In this document: positions 1-12,532 of the stretch, in pieces | How the letters are laid out: the number at the start of each line of letters is the position of its first letter | How positions within the stretch are numbered: the stretch's first letter is position 1 | DNA from: Escherichia coli | Lineage (GTDB): Bacteria; Pseudomonadota; Gammaproteobacteria; Enterobacterales; Enterobacteriaceae | Direction: 5' to 3' (one strand) | Length of the DNA: 64,000 bases | Assembly (NCBI RefSeq): GCF_016026235.1 | Contig: NZ_CP065613.1 | Made by a program: the position numbers and the translations under genes | The notes under the pieces: model-generated | Seen by the model: the letters and a program-made list of their open reading frames with translations, nothing else | Told to the model about the DNA's origin: nothing | Databases searched by the model: none

Positions 1-322
1 TTTCTTTACTGATACTGTCTTTTGTATCGACATAAATGTTATTCTCATTCCAGAATAAGAGGAAGTTTTTGTTACAGGAGTAGAGGCCAGTTAAGCAGAG
101 TACGATTATTAGCAAGAATAGTATGGCTTTGTAGCGCATTTACATTCCTTTCAGTATGTTACGTTCACAAAGTGAGTTTCTTTTCTTTATATAAACCACA
201 GCAATAATTAAACCCACTCTACGGTAAGCTTATTTTAATAATGAAGGATTATCTGCACGCTACCGCCGTGCCAGGAAAAATATCAGCAGGTATATAACGG
301 TAACTTATTCATTACCGTTAAT

Positions 323-358
323 CCCGGCAGCGTAGAAAAAACGCTGCCGGGTTATTTA
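323..358 (+). terminator. Putative rho-independent (possibly bidirectional) terminator between the upstream + strand transcript and yhjJ
   Basis: Inverted repeat CCCGGCAGCG (323-332) / CGCTGCCGGG (342-351) with an A-rich loop, followed by TTATTTATT; directly abuts the yhjJ stop at 359-361. Confidence 0.5.
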
Positions 359-1855
359 TTACTGCGCGGGTGGAATATCCGAAACTTCAGGATGGACGTC
401 ATCCGTGGCTACGGATGTCGTCACAGCCGCAGTCGATGGGGCCATGATTTGATCCCAGACCGCCTGCAACGCTTTCATGTTAAATTCCGGCTCGCCTTTC
501 GGCTGCAGCAGTATTAACGCCATATCATTCGACAACTGCTGACGCAGATCCTGATTTAACATCTCCACCGTCAGGCTGTTAAGGAAATCCTGCCGCAGTT
601 TCTGATACTGCTCCGGCGCGATATCGACGACCTGATTTTGCAACGAACGCATCCGCTGACCCATCAGAATATCGGTATCAGCCCGCGCATAGGCGGCAAA
701 CAGTTTCTGCAGCTCCAGTTTCTTTTGCGCCACTAACGCATTGAACTCTTCTTCCGGCAGACCTTTATCGCGAACCTTCGCCAGTTCACGCGCCACCAGA
801 TTAAGGTTGCTGTTCAGCTTGTCGTTTGGTGATTCGATGTTGATGGCACACTGCGCACGCAGATACAGCACACGGCAGTCAAATCCAAGACCGATGTCTT
901 TGCTGTTACTGGCGCTTAACGCTTGCTGAACATGCCAGAACAGCGCCTCACGGGCCAGGTCCGCACGCCAGTAGCGCAGCAGTGCGGCTGATTCACGAAT
1001 CGGCTGCCACGGCGTATCCCACATGATAGATAACCGGTCCTGACGCACCGCGTCAGTCATAATACTCACCGCTTCCGCACGCAGCGGAGAAAGCGTCGGC
1101 ACCGGAGCCGGTGTTTCACGTTTGCCTTTCAGTTCGCCAAACGTTTTGTTGATTTGGTCGACAACCGAGCGCGCATCCACGTTTCCCACCACCAGCAGCG
1201 TCATTGCATCCGGGGTGTACCATTTCTGATAGAAATCTTTAATCTTTTCCGCTTCAACGGGTTGTTTCAGCGGATCGGCAGGATCGTGACCTAACAAGGT
1301 TGACCCTTTCAGACGATAGCGCCACCAGCCCTCTTTAGTATCGGCAGGCCAGGTTGCCACCATGTCCTGACTTTGCAGCGCGTGGTTGATGGTTTCTGGC
1401 GTGATAGTCAGTTTGCCAGTGGCATTTGCCAGATAAGAGAGCGCCTCTTTCAGCAAATCGTTACGGTTATTGGGCAAACTCAGATTAAACAGCGTGGTGT
1501 CATAAGAGACAATTACCGGCGGCATCGGGCGTTTAGGGTCGATCCCCTGCTGCCACAATGAACGCGCCTGTGCTGCGTCAAGGCCACCGCTTTGCGTTAG
1601 CGCAATACGAGGGATGGCGTGACTGTAACCGCTCTGTTGTGTACTTTCGGCGAGCGAACCGGTATTAACCAGCAGGCGAATTTCAACACGATCGCTGGGA
1701 CGCTGGGGGGTGGTCAGCACTTGCCACTGTAAACCGTTGGAAAGCGTCCCCTGTTGCCATGCTGGATCAGGCTGGAGCGCATCTGCCTGCACATAGCCAG
1801 CAGTGGCCATCATCAGCAAACCGCCCGCTAAAAGTCGAATTTTTGTGCCCTGCAT
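359..1855 (-). CDS. yhjJ: Predicted M16-family zinc peptidase (periplasmic, signal peptide)
   Basis: 498-aa ORF matching my recollection of E. coli YhjJ in length and sequence; sits upstream of dctA as in K-12. Confidence 0.85.
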   Translation of the reverse strand: MQGTKIRLLAGGLLMMATAGYVQADALQPDPAWQQGTLSNGLQWQVLTTPQRPSDRVEIRLLVNTGSLAESTQQSGYSHAIPRIALTQSGGLDAAQARSLWQQGIDPKRPMPPVIVSYDTTLFNLSLPNNRNDLLKEALSYLANATGKLTITPETINHALQSQDMVATWPADTKEGWWRYRLKGSTLLGHDPADPLKQPVEAEKIKDFYQKWYTPDAMTLLVVGNVDARSVVDQINKTFGELKGKRETPAPVPTLSPLRAEAVSIMTDAVRQDRLSIMWDTPWQPIRESAALLRYWRADLAREALFWHVQQALSASNSKDIGLGFDCRVLYLRAQCAINIESPNDKLNSNLNLVARELAKVRDKGLPEEEFNALVAQKKLELQKLFAAYARADTDILMGQRMRSLQNQVVDIAPEQYQKLRQDFLNSLTVEMLNQDLRQQLSNDMALILLQPKGEPEFNMKALQAVWDQIMAPSTAAVTTSVATDDVHPEVSDIPPAQ

Positions 1856-2035
1856 GTGAACCCCTGATCAACTATCCTGGTAATAAAAAAACTGCCCGTT
1901 GTCGGTCAGTCTAAATGACGTTAAAAACACTTCGTGTTAGACCGCAAGAACATGAAAATGTCACGGAAGAAGTGAAATAAACCTGAACTCACCCAGGTGG
2001 TAAGTTCAGGCACAGGGGTCAATTATGCGCAAACA

Positions 2036-2061
2036 CCCGCACTCGGGGAAGGGAGTGCGGG
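2036..2061 (-). terminator. Candidate dctA terminator hairpin
   Basis: Inverted repeat CCCGCACTC / AGTGCGGG just downstream of the dctA stop; the T-run on the minus strand is weak. Confidence 0.35.
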
Positions 2062-2075
2062 CATAAGTGATGAGA

Positions 2076-3398
<1,323 letters not shown>

Positions 3399-3544
3399 TT
3401 ATGGGGTACCTGCGGCCTTAAAATAACACCCAGACAACATCACAGAAATGTACCTGGATCATAATTGAAACAAAAAGGTTAAAAAGTTTGAGCTGGCTCG
3501 CACAAACCAGCACTTTTTAAAGTTTTGTAATCAGTTTGGGGTAG

Positions 3545-5533
3545 CTACTTTTCTTCCAGGTAACTCTCTTCGAAGATTTCAATAGGGAGTGGACGAGCAA
3601 AAAGGAAGCCCTGGGCAATACCAACGCCCGCTTTTGCCAGCCAGTCGCGTTGTGCTTCAGTCTCCACGCCTTCGGCAATCATTTGTAAGTTCAGGCTCTG
3701 CGCCAGCATGATAATTGCAGCAATCATGCTGCTATCTTCCGGCAAGCCTTCAACAAACATTTTGTCGATTTTCAGAACGTCGATTGGCAACGATTTCATA
3801 TGCTGCAGCTGACGCAGCCCTGCGTAGCCCATGCCGAAATCATCCAGCGCCACCCGAACTCCGGCATTACGCAGCGGACGGAGGATTGCCACCGCAGCAT
3901 GAGGGTCGTCAATACGTCGGCTTTCTGTCACTTCCAGAATCAGTGTTCCCGGCTGAATGCGATAGCGGGTTAACAGTTCCAGCATATCCGCCACCATATT
4001 CGGGTGCATCAGTTGCAGCGCAGAGAGGTTTACCGACAAGGGCAGCATAATGCCGCGCTCTTGCCAGGCTGCAAGCAATCGACAGGACTCTTCCAGCACC
4101 CAGTGACCGACGGTAACCATCAGCCCACAGCACTCAATGCGATCGATTAAGCCATCCGGCAGGTCCCAACTGCCATCCGGTTGCTGGATACGCAGTAACA
4201 CTTCCGCACTGACCAGTTTACCGCTGGTCATCTCGACCTGTGGCTGTAACCAAATAGCAAACTGATGATTTTCCAGTGCATTAAGGATATCGCTCTCTTC
4301 CGTCAACCGCTTCTGGGCGGCTTCCATCTGCTGCGGATCAAAGAACTGAATCTGATTCTTGCCTTTATGGCGAGCGGTAAATGCCGCAGAAATAGCGCGA
4401 CTGTAAAGCTGTTCGGCGGTGAGATCGCCGTAGAACATCGCCACGCCAATGCTACAGTGCGGACGGAGTTGAATACGTTCAATCGGCAGGCGCTCGCTCA
4501 TGATAGTGAGCACTTGCTGACCCAAAGTGATTGCGTGCCACGGTTCCTGTACACCGTTGGCAATGACAGCAAAGTCATAACCGCTAATCTGCGCGAGGAT
4601 CATACGTGGCGACAGTACCGATTTGAGTTTTTCCACCAGCGTCAGCAGCAGAATTTCTCGTTGCGCCTCTTTCAGCACGCCCGCAGTATCACGCAGGGTT
4701 TCACAGGTGATGATCATCAGCGCGGTGGTTTGTTTACGCGCGACAACCTGCTCCAGCATCTCCATCAGCAAGGCTTTGTTCGGCAAATCCGACACCGGGA
4801 AGCGCATCGCATTTTCGTTCTGTTCTTCATAATGGCGCTGCAGCAATTGCTGGTTGAGGTTGTAACTGCGCACCAACATACCGATTTCATCGTCCTGATG
4901 CAGACGCGGTAATGCCAGTTGGTGACCAACAAGCTCCTGGGCTGGGATGGCGTTAAGTTCGCGAGCAATATTGCGTAACGGATGCAAAATCAGGCGGTTA
5001 ATGCACCAGCTAATCGCCACCGTCAATATTAACGACAAAAGTAAGTAAATGGTCACTAACGTTGAGAGGGTGCTCATCACGAACTTATACATACGGAAGG
5101 AATCCGCCTGTAGTACCAGATAGGCAATTGGCTGCGGGTTTGCCGGACGTTCGAGCGAGTAAACGCCCAGCGAGATTTGAACCGGTAGCTCAAACAGGCG
5201 AGTAACCATTACCGGCACCGGGCGCTCTGGAATAAAACTTTTACGCAGCGCCTGGAACTGGTTGGGCAGCACTACATCGGCACGGCTGACCACGCCTGCC
5301 GGTTTAATGCTGGCAAGAATAGCTTCCGCTTCGGGAATATCACCTTTCAAAATGGCTGAAGATAAAGGTTCGCGGACAGAGCGAGCAATGCTTTCCAGTT
5401 GCGTAGCCGTGTTATAGCGATTCTGCTGGACCAGATGGAACAGCAAAACGGTGCAAAAAATAAAAACGAACACCAGGACAACGGCTGCCACCATTGCCAT
5501 CTGCTTGATTGTTAACGAGCGACTTACGCGCAA
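3545..5533 (-). CDS. pdeK: c-di-GMP phosphodiesterase, membrane-anchored with degenerate GGDEF and EAL domains
   Basis: 662-aa ORF with an N-terminal TM segment and a C-terminal EAL-type region (ELxR-like, DDFGxGYAGL motifs visible); sits between dctA and bcsC as yhjK/pdeK does in K-12. Confidence 0.85.
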   Translation of the reverse strand: MRVSRSLTIKQMAMVAAVVLVFVFIFCTVLLFHLVQQNRYNTATQLESIARSVREPLSSAILKGDIPEAEAILASIKPAGVVSRADVVLPNQFQALRKSFIPERPVPVMVTRLFELPVQISLGVYSLERPANPQPIAYLVLQADSFRMYKFVMSTLSTLVTIYLLLSLILTVAISWCINRLILHPLRNIARELNAIPAQELVGHQLALPRLHQDDEIGMLVRSYNLNQQLLQRHYEEQNENAMRFPVSDLPNKALLMEMLEQVVARKQTTALMIITCETLRDTAGVLKEAQREILLLTLVEKLKSVLSPRMILAQISGYDFAVIANGVQEPWHAITLGQQVLTIMSERLPIERIQLRPHCSIGVAMFYGDLTAEQLYSRAISAAFTARHKGKNQIQFFDPQQMEAAQKRLTEESDILNALENHQFAIWLQPQVEMTSGKLVSAEVLLRIQQPDGSWDLPDGLIDRIECCGLMVTVGHWVLEESCRLLAAWQERGIMLPLSVNLSALQLMHPNMVADMLELLTRYRIQPGTLILEVTESRRIDDPHAAVAILRPLRNAGVRVALDDFGMGYAGLRQLQHMKSLPIDVLKIDKMFVEGLPEDSSMIAAIIMLAQSLNLQMIAEGVETEAQRDWLAKAGVGIAQGFLFARPLPIEIFEESYLEEK

Positions 5534-5614
5534 ATTGTCTCCCCCCGGAAATCCCAGATTGCCGCCCGAGTATACCCGATCGCAGCGGCATTAAGAGAGG
5601 CGCTATCTGAAAAC

Positions 5615-8600
5615 TTACCAGTCGGCGTAAGGTATCAGCGGCTGCGGCGGTAAATCCATGTCACCCTGCCATCCGGCGGCGGAATAACGTACGTAGAGCA
5701 GGAAATGGCTGGGTGCGTAATCTTTCGCCTGCTGGATATCAATTGCCGTGCCAACAAACCAGTTGGAAGTAACACGTCGTTCAAGTAATGCCCGCGCCGT
5801 GTAGCCGAAGCCCTGACTGCTGCCGCCATCGTTGGATTGCCGCGCAGCTTCTTCCTGCCAGTCGGTCGGGATCAGATTCATCAGCGGATAACGCGGCATG
5901 GTTTTGGTGCGTGAATGCGACCACGAGCCAGACGCCCCCAACTCCCACGACCAGTTTTCCGTGCGCTCCCGCCACATCACCGGTATGGCAAACGACAGGT
6001 ATTCCTGCGGACTGTAGTAACCGCCCTGACCGAGTGAGTAGCCACTCAGATCTTTGTCGTAATGCCAGATCATGTTGTTCAGGCCGATTGTGACGCGGCG
6101 ATTGTTCTGGTTAATGACCTTATAGTAATAGCCCGTCATCCAGCGCACGCGCCAGTTATCTTCGACATTTTTACCGGTTAACTGGTCGCCACTAAGCGAT
6201 GCCCAGACGCCGTTTGCTTCACCTTTATCGTAGCTCAGACTTAGCCCCACACCGTCGGCACGTACGCCACCCCATTTTTTCCCGGTATTGCTCGGGGAGT
6301 CTTTTTGCCCACCAAAGGCCAGCAAAGAACTGGAGATGGGCCGACGGTGGGCGTTAACGGTGTAACCCAGCGGCCCGATATCATCGCTGTAACTGATGCC
6401 GCCGACCACATCCACCACGTTGAAGCCCATCGGCGTGGTACCGATATCCCAGCTCCAGACGTCATTTCGCCAGCCGACCGCCACGCTGGCACCGGAATCC
6501 GACTGGCTGCGGTTGCCGCTACAGTCCTGTAATGTACAGGTGCCCCAGTTATCATCCCATTTACCATCGGCATTAGTGGAGAAACTGCCGACGTTCATAT
6601 TGACGAAATCACTGCGAAAGAACATCCGCCCGTCAGAATACGGCGCATCCACCTGCAACATGGTAGTGTGCGCTTTCAGATCGGAGTAACCACCGGTGCC
6701 GCTCGAACCCCAGTAATCATGCTCGAGGGTGACGTTAAGATCCTGCTGGCGATAGAGGTCCGCCGCATCGCTGCGCACGCCGCGTTTCAGCCAGTCATCT
6801 TTCTCGTCGTTACGGGTCAGTCGGGTAAAGGTGTCGTTATCCTGCGGACGCGTCGTGGTCACACCGGATGCGACCATGGCGTCTTTGTAGGTTTCCAGCG
6901 CCTGCTTTGGATCGCCCGCCTGCGCTTCAAACTTCGCACCATCACGCAGTACCATCGCACTTTCCATCGACGGCGGCTGAGATTTTGCCTGCGGGATCAA
7001 CTTATTAAACGTCTGCTGCGCCGCTGCGGTATCGCCAAGCTGCGCCTGCGCCAGCGCCACGCGCCGCTGTGTGTTCAGCGAGGCGTTATCGGTAGCGGGC
7101 AGTTTCGCCAGCTGGCTACGTGCCGCAGCTGTGTCACCGGCAGCAATATCCACTTCCGTCAGCCCCAGAATGGCATCGGCGTTAGTTGGCTCCCGCGTCA
7201 GGACATTCTGATACGCAGCGCGGGCGGCGGTGTAATCACGTCGCTGCTGCGCCCAGTCAGCCAGCGTGAGGTCAATACGCGTGGAAGGTGGTTGCTGGCG
7301 CAGCATCGCTTCCGCTTCTGCCTCTTTGCCGCTTTCTCGCAGGCGGTTAGCGGTTTCCAGCACCTGATCGCTTTGCAGTCGATTAACCAGCTCCTGAATA
7401 TTGCTGTTCCACTGCGCACGCGGCAGGCTGTTGATATGCGCCAGCGCCGCTCTGTCCTGGTCATGACCAGAGAGGTACAGCCCGTAAGCGTAAACCTGCT
7501 CCGGGTCGTTCGACTTCTGCTGCGCCAGATTGCGCATTAACGTATCGGCCTGGCTGCGTTGTCCGGCCTGCCAGAGATCCTGCGAAAGTCGGTAAGTAAT
7601 CCATACGCTGCCGGGGTCCAGCGCCAGTCGTTGCCGCTGAAGTGCTGCCGCCTGCGCCCATTTGCCCTGGTTTTCCAGTGCCTCTGCCTGCTGTGCCAGA
7701 CGGTCGTTTTGCAGGCTGCGTTCGATATCATCAATGCTACGCCGCTGACTGGCAGAGAGCGAGGCGATAAACGCTTCAGCTTTTTCTGGCGATTGCTGGC
7801 GGTAAATATTTGCCAGCCCGCGCACGGCGTTAGTGTTGCCGCTGTCCATACGCAAGGTCTGCTGATAATAACGTTCGGCGGCGGGATAATCTTTTCGCGC
7901 CATCGCCACATCGCCCAGCCCCAGCACTGCATAACTGTCGGTGTTATCGACATTACGCGCCTGCTGGAACAGGCGTTCTGCCCGGTCAGGATTATTGGCT
8001 TTCAGCGCAGCATCGCCCTGCTGGATCGCCAGCCAGTAGCGGTTTACTTTCAGCAGACTGTTCCATTTGTCGTTGTTGCTGCTGTGCGGGTCCAGTGCGA
8101 GGGCTTTTTCCAGATTCGCCACTGCATTGGCGCGATCGCCTTTCTGAGAATACGCCTGGCCCAGCGCCCCCAGAGCTTCACTGTCTTTCGGGTTCGCCCG
8201 CACCGCCTGTTGTAGTTCGGGAATGGCTTTACCCGCCATACCAGAGTCCACCGCCGCTAAACCTTGCGCACGAGCGCGGAAAGCAGGATCGGCCAGCTGT
8301 TTTTGCTGTTCTGCCAGTTGCGATTGCGCAGCCGCCACGCTATCGCCATCACTAAAGATCGAGAGATATTTTTTCAGCGCCGACACACTGGCATCACTGA
8401 CGGGCATGTCTTTAATCTGCCCGTACCAGATTTTAGAGGCCCCTTCGCGCCCGGCGTTCGATTTTGCCATCTGTTCCAGGACGGCAAAACCTTCGTCACG
8501 GCGATCGCTACTAAACAGCAATAGCGCCAGATTGTTTTGCAGGCCCGTATTGCCCGGTGCATCCGCATTGATGCGTTTTAACTGATTAATCGCTTCGCCA

Positions 8601-9088
8601 CGGCGAGCCGGAATTTTCGCCACCGTACTCCAGTACTCGACAGCAATGTCACCTTCCGGCGGCGCACCGTTGAACAGTTTGTTGTAACTCGCCACAGCTT
8701 CTTCTGCATGACCGGTCGTCGCCTGCAATCGTGCCTGTTGCAGTGCCTGACGACCATCCGGCGTGGAAAGTAGCATCGTAGTCCGCGACGATTTATACGC
8801 ATTTGAACTCGGCGCTAACTGCGACAGCCGATCGAGCTGTTTTTGCGCGCCATCAATATCGCCCTGACGTAACAAAGAACGGAAACGGGCGGCAACGACG
8901 TCCGGGTTATTCGGATCAATAAGTTCCAGCCGATACAACGACTGTTGCACCAGGTCTTCACGATGGGTCGCTTCGCCTAACCGAACTTGCTCCAGCAACT
9001 GTTGCTGAGCGGTTGGTGCTGCCTCGACCATCGGCATGACGGCCAGACCGAGGGAAAGCGTGAATATGTTTAGTGTGAATTTGCGCAT
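5615..9088 (-). CDS. bcsC: Cellulose synthase operon protein C (TPR-repeat periplasmic scaffold plus outer-membrane beta-barrel)
   Basis: 1157-aa ORF with a signal peptide, many TPR-like repeats and a C-terminal beta-barrel-like region; last gene of the bcsRQABZC cluster. Confidence 0.93.
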   Translation of the reverse strand: MRKFTLNIFTLSLGLAVMPMVEAAPTAQQQLLEQVRLGEATHREDLVQQSLYRLELIDPNNPDVVAARFRSLLRQGDIDGAQKQLDRLSQLAPSSNAYKSSRTTMLLSTPDGRQALQQARLQATTGHAEEAVASYNKLFNGAPPEGDIAVEYWSTVAKIPARRGEAINQLKRINADAPGNTGLQNNLALLLFSSDRRDEGFAVLEQMAKSNAGREGASKIWYGQIKDMPVSDASVSALKKYLSIFSDGDSVAAAQSQLAEQQKQLADPAFRARAQGLAAVDSGMAGKAIPELQQAVRANPKDSEALGALGQAYSQKGDRANAVANLEKALALDPHSSNNDKWNSLLKVNRYWLAIQQGDAALKANNPDRAERLFQQARNVDNTDSYAVLGLGDVAMARKDYPAAERYYQQTLRMDSGNTNAVRGLANIYRQQSPEKAEAFIASLSASQRRSIDDIERSLQNDRLAQQAEALENQGKWAQAAALQRQRLALDPGSVWITYRLSQDLWQAGQRSQADTLMRNLAQQKSNDPEQVYAYGLYLSGHDQDRAALAHINSLPRAQWNSNIQELVNRLQSDQVLETANRLRESGKEAEAEAMLRQQPPSTRIDLTLADWAQQRRDYTAARAAYQNVLTREPTNADAILGLTEVDIAAGDTAAARSQLAKLPATDNASLNTQRRVALAQAQLGDTAAAQQTFNKLIPQAKSQPPSMESAMVLRDGAKFEAQAGDPKQALETYKDAMVASGVTTTRPQDNDTFTRLTRNDEKDDWLKRGVRSDAADLYRQQDLNVTLEHDYWGSSGTGGYSDLKAHTTMLQVDAPYSDGRMFFRSDFVNMNVGSFSTNADGKWDDNWGTCTLQDCSGNRSQSDSGASVAVGWRNDVWSWDIGTTPMGFNVVDVVGGISYSDDIGPLGYTVNAHRRPISSSLLAFGGQKDSPSNTGKKWGGVRADGVGLSLSYDKGEANGVWASLSGDQLTGKNVEDNWRVRWMTGYYYKVINQNNRRVTIGLNNMIWHYDKDLSGYSLGQGGYYSPQEYLSFAIPVMWRERTENWSWELGASGSWSHSRTKTMPRYPLMNLIPTDWQEEAARQSNDGGSSQGFGYTARALLERRVTSNWFVGTAIDIQQAKDYAPSHFLLYVRYSAAGWQGDMDLPPQPLIPYADW

Positions 9089-10176
9089 TCCTGGCCCCAG
9101 TCAGGTAATAACTCACCTTTTGTCGAGAAGCGGAAACGGTGTTGATCCCAGCCTTGTCCAAACAGGGTCAGCACATAGTTGTAATAGGCATCGCTGCCGG
9201 GAAAGTTATCGGCCACGCGCTGGCGCTGAACGGCCTGCGCATCGCGGTTTTGTAAAAAGGGCAGCATGGCGGCAGAAAAACCGACCGGTCCTTTACCCTG
9301 CGCTTTCCCCGTAGCCACATCCACTTTTTCCGGCGGATAACCGTTTTTCTCAGTGAATGTCGCCATCGGTTTAAACCGGTTGAGCATCCGCGCTTTCTGC
9401 GGATCGCTGTCAGGCATCATGCCTACCCACATGTAAACGCGGATAGCGTCGTAGCTGCTGATCAATGTTTTTTCGGCTTTTAGCTGCCAGCCTTTGTCTT
9501 TCTCATAGCGCACCCAGTCTGGCGAAAAGCCTTTCGGGGCGGTTTCCAGCAATAAACGTTGATTGGTTTCGCGCAGCGTAGTCCACGGCGCGCCAAAGCG
9601 GGTGAAATACTGCGCCAGCGTCGGCGGCAGGTAGCTGGGGTTAAAACGCCAGCTGTTATCCTCAGCAAAACCCACTTTGCCCGGTAACAACATGGAACCC
9701 AGCCCAAGCACCGTCACCACTTCCTCCCGCGCAATACGTTTTAGCAACGCGCTGCCGATGTCGGTATAACGCTGCTCTTTCCACAAACGACCCGCCTCCA
9801 GCAACGACCAGGCCATCCAGACATCACCATCGGAGGCCGAATTGCTGTCCAGCACTTCCCACTTACTGTTCTCTTTCTTGCCCCACAGCCAGGCGGGCAA
9901 ACGTTCTTTTAAAGAACCCTGAGCAAGATTGTTCTGCGTCCAGTCGAGAATATTATCGAAAGCTGCACGGTCGTTAGCCGCCAGGGCAAAGAACATGCCG
10001 TAACTTTGCCCTTCAGAGGTGGTGATTTTGCGCGCGTCGCTGGAGTCGATGACGCGCCCTTCCTGACTGATGTAATCCTTTTTAAACTGCTCCCAGGCAG
10101 GCCAGGTACAGGCTGCCTGAACACTAAAGGCAGCCAACAGCAGCATCGTCACGAGTCCACTACGCAACACATTCAT
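9070..10176 (-). CDS. bcsZ: Endo-1,4-beta-glucanase (GH8 cellulase) of the cellulose synthesis operon
   Basis: ORF track gives 370 aa; the canonical start MNVLRSG (ATG verified at 10174-10176) gives 368 aa. Overlaps the bcsC start by 19 nt. Confidence 0.92.
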   Translation of the reverse strand: MNVLRSGLVTMLLLAAFSVQAACTWPAWEQFKKDYISQEGRVIDSSDARKITTSEGQSYGMFFALAANDRAAFDNILDWTQNNLAQGSLKERLPAWLWGKKENSKWEVLDSNSASDGDVWMAWSLLEAGRLWKEQRYTDIGSALLKRIAREEVVTVLGLGSMLLPGKVGFAEDNSWRFNPSYLPPTLAQYFTRFGAPWTTLRETNQRLLLETAPKGFSPDWVRYEKDKGWQLKAEKTLISSYDAIRVYMWVGMMPDSDPQKARMLNRFKPMATFTEKNGYPPEKVDVATGKAQGKGPVGFSAAMLPFLQNRDAQAVQRQRVADNFPGSDAYYNYVLTLFGQGWDQHRFRFSTKGELLPDWGQECANSH

Positions 10177-10182
10177 CTTCAA

Positions 10183-12522
10183 TTACTCGTTATCCGGGTT
10201 AAGACGACGACGACTAATAATTCGCAGCAGACGCCACAGTACCCATGCCAGCAATATCACACTGATAGCCGCCAGCACCGCCAGCAGAATCGGATGGTTT
10301 GCCAGCGCATACCACAAGCGCTCGAACCACGGCAGATGACCTACGTAATAAACGTCGCCAACACGTAGGCTGTTGATACCGGACTCGCGGATCACCGCGA
10401 CCGAACCGAACATGGTGGCGCGTTTGCCGCTATCGTTCACCGCATCGTTAAGCATTTCATAACCGCGAGGGCTATCTGCCAGCAGCGCAATCACGCTGCG
10501 CTGGTCGTTATATGGCGACTGGAAGCCAATCACCGCCGCCATCGCACCGGAAGAGGTCAGCGTTGACTGGGTTTCTGCCGCGCGATCGCTCTCGTCCGGC
10601 ACAATGCCGGGGAACGGGGTCTGGCGCATCGGTGTTTTCACCCAGCTTTCGGTCGCCTGCACCAATAGGTCGATCTGCTTATCGTCTTTCAGTTTGTCCG
10701 GGATACCACCGATGATCATGATGTCGGCATCTTTGCCCTGAATGGTGCTGCCATCATCGGTCACCGTCAGATTAATCGCCGGGAAGCCCGTCTGTGCGCC
10801 GATAAAACCAACAGTATTCAGCAAGGTTTCCATCTGTGCTTCGTTAGGCGTTTTCGGCATCACGGTGATGGTTTGCGACAGATCCGCCATCCGGCTGAAC
10901 GGGAAGCCCGCGTTAGCAAAGGCGCGTAGATCCGGCATCGGGATGAAGTGGTAATACTTCGAGAAGTCGATGGTGGAATCGTCACCAATCACCACATGAT
11001 TCTGCACCGGCTGGAAGGTAATACAGTTATCCACCGAACCGCCCGGCATCGGGTTCATATACTCAAAGTCGAAGCGCAGCTGGTTGGTCGCGCCCAGTTT
11101 CAGCGCCGGAATAGAGACATCCGTTTTGCCATCCAGCAAACCTTGTAATACCGGAATCCGCAGCAGCAGGCGATTCGCCTCCTGTTTGCTGCTCAGGTTG
11201 AAGGATTGCAGGAACTGGTTATTCAGGCTGATATCCATCCGCGAACTGTCTTTCACCGGCGGCATGGTGTAGCGGTAATTAATATCCATATCAATGCCGG
11301 TACTGCGCATCAGGTAGAGATCTGGCGGCAGGTTTAGCGAAACGTTAATCGCTGCTGGCTCAAGACCGCTGGATTGTAACTGTTCTTCATAGGTTTTCAG
11401 TTCACCAAAGGTGACCGGACGATCGGTACGCACCCAGTTCGGCGCATCGTACGGCTTACGCGGTAGCAGCGGTTTCACTTCATTCACTACCACGCTTTCA
11501 CCACGGAACAGAATGTTACCCTGAGCGATACCTTTCGCTGCCTGCAACAGGTCTTTGTGGTCACGACCAAACACCACCAGCAGTTTGATGTAAGGATTCT
11601 GCGGATGGTTAATCATCTCAATCACCGGGGCTTTTACCGCCGGATGATCGCGCAGGAAGTCCGGCCGTTTGTCGTTGGTTGCAAAGACAATGGCATTGCG
11701 ATCCGGCAGTTGGTTATAGAGTACCGGGAAGTTCTGCCCACGCCAGCCAGAACGCGAACCAAACCACGAGGCGACAATGGCAGAGGCTTGTTGCAGCCCA
11801 ACATCCGGCGCACCCGCAAAGACCATCGGCAAGGTGTTGGTGCGGTTATCACGCGGATCAAAGAATGGCACCGGGAAGTGTGACAGGTCATTCTTCACAT
11901 TCAGGGTCTGATAGGTCAGATCCAGTCCACTGCTCCGCCCAACATCCAGCCAAAGCGTGGTGCTGGCCGGGTTTTCGCACACGTCCTGATAATGGCCGAC
12001 AAACTCCAGCCGCACACGGTTGAAGTCGGTAATAAACAGTGGGTTAATGGGCATTTGCGCCAGCGTTTTTTTACCCAACTGTTCTTTGGTCACTGGCAGC
12101 ACGCCCATCAGCTCATCATTGAGATAAACCTTTAACTGCGACTGGACAGGCAGTAACGATGGCGATGGCGTGTATTCGAGGTTGAGCATCGCCTTCGTCA
12201 CCACTTCATCGCTGCGCATACCAAACTCAATGCTGCCGTTCGGGTTAATGCCACGTAGCACCATGCTGCCCGGCGGCGGTGCAATTTGCGCAAAGGTCAG
12301 CTTCACATCACGCGAAGGACCGTTCTGCGCCACGACTGGCGCATCAGCGCCCTGCACGCCCGGCATCACTTGCCCCACCTGCGGATTTTGTTCCGTCTGG
12401 GCGGCTACAGCTGGCTCAGCATTGATCAGTGGTTGCGTTGCTGGCGTCGCCTGCGTCATGAAAGAGGGGAACGCACTCATCCCCATAGCCACTGCACAAA
12501 TCCAGAATAGTTTTCTTTTCAT
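10183..12522 (-). CDS. bcsB: Cellulose synthase periplasmic subunit B (c-di-GMP-regulated)
   Basis: ORF track gives 808 aa; trimmed to the MKRKLFW start (ATG verified at 12520-12522) gives 779 aa, matching E. coli BcsB. Confidence 0.93.
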   Translation of the reverse strand: MKRKLFWICAVAMGMSAFPSFMTQATPATQPLINAEPAVAAQTEQNPQVGQVMPGVQGADAPVVAQNGPSRDVKLTFAQIAPPPGSMVLRGINPNGSIEFGMRSDEVVTKAMLNLEYTPSPSLLPVQSQLKVYLNDELMGVLPVTKEQLGKKTLAQMPINPLFITDFNRVRLEFVGHYQDVCENPASTTLWLDVGRSSGLDLTYQTLNVKNDLSHFPVPFFDPRDNRTNTLPMVFAGAPDVGLQQASAIVASWFGSRSGWRGQNFPVLYNQLPDRNAIVFATNDKRPDFLRDHPAVKAPVIEMINHPQNPYIKLLVVFGRDHKDLLQAAKGIAQGNILFRGESVVVNEVKPLLPRKPYDAPNWVRTDRPVTFGELKTYEEQLQSSGLEPAAINVSLNLPPDLYLMRSTGIDMDINYRYTMPPVKDSSRMDISLNNQFLQSFNLSSKQEANRLLLRIPVLQGLLDGKTDVSIPALKLGATNQLRFDFEYMNPMPGGSVDNCITFQPVQNHVVIGDDSTIDFSKYYHFIPMPDLRAFANAGFPFSRMADLSQTITVMPKTPNEAQMETLLNTVGFIGAQTGFPAINLTVTDDGSTIQGKDADIMIIGGIPDKLKDDKQIDLLVQATESWVKTPMRQTPFPGIVPDESDRAAETQSTLTSSGAMAAVIGFQSPYNDQRSVIALLADSPRGYEMLNDAVNDSGKRATMFGSVAVIRESGINSLRVGDVYYVGHLPWFERLWYALANHPILLAVLAAISVILLAWVLWRLLRIISRRRLNPDNE

Positions 12523-12532
12523 CGCGTTATCA

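Noticed and set aside
22-207. 61-aa plus-strand ORF at the window start
   Set aside because: AT-rich region with an odd Cys/Arg/Ser-rich product and no recognisable family or ribosome-binding context.
6668-8215. 290-aa and 218-aa plus-strand ORFs
   Set aside because: Both are antisense inside bcsC and have low-complexity composition; spurious.
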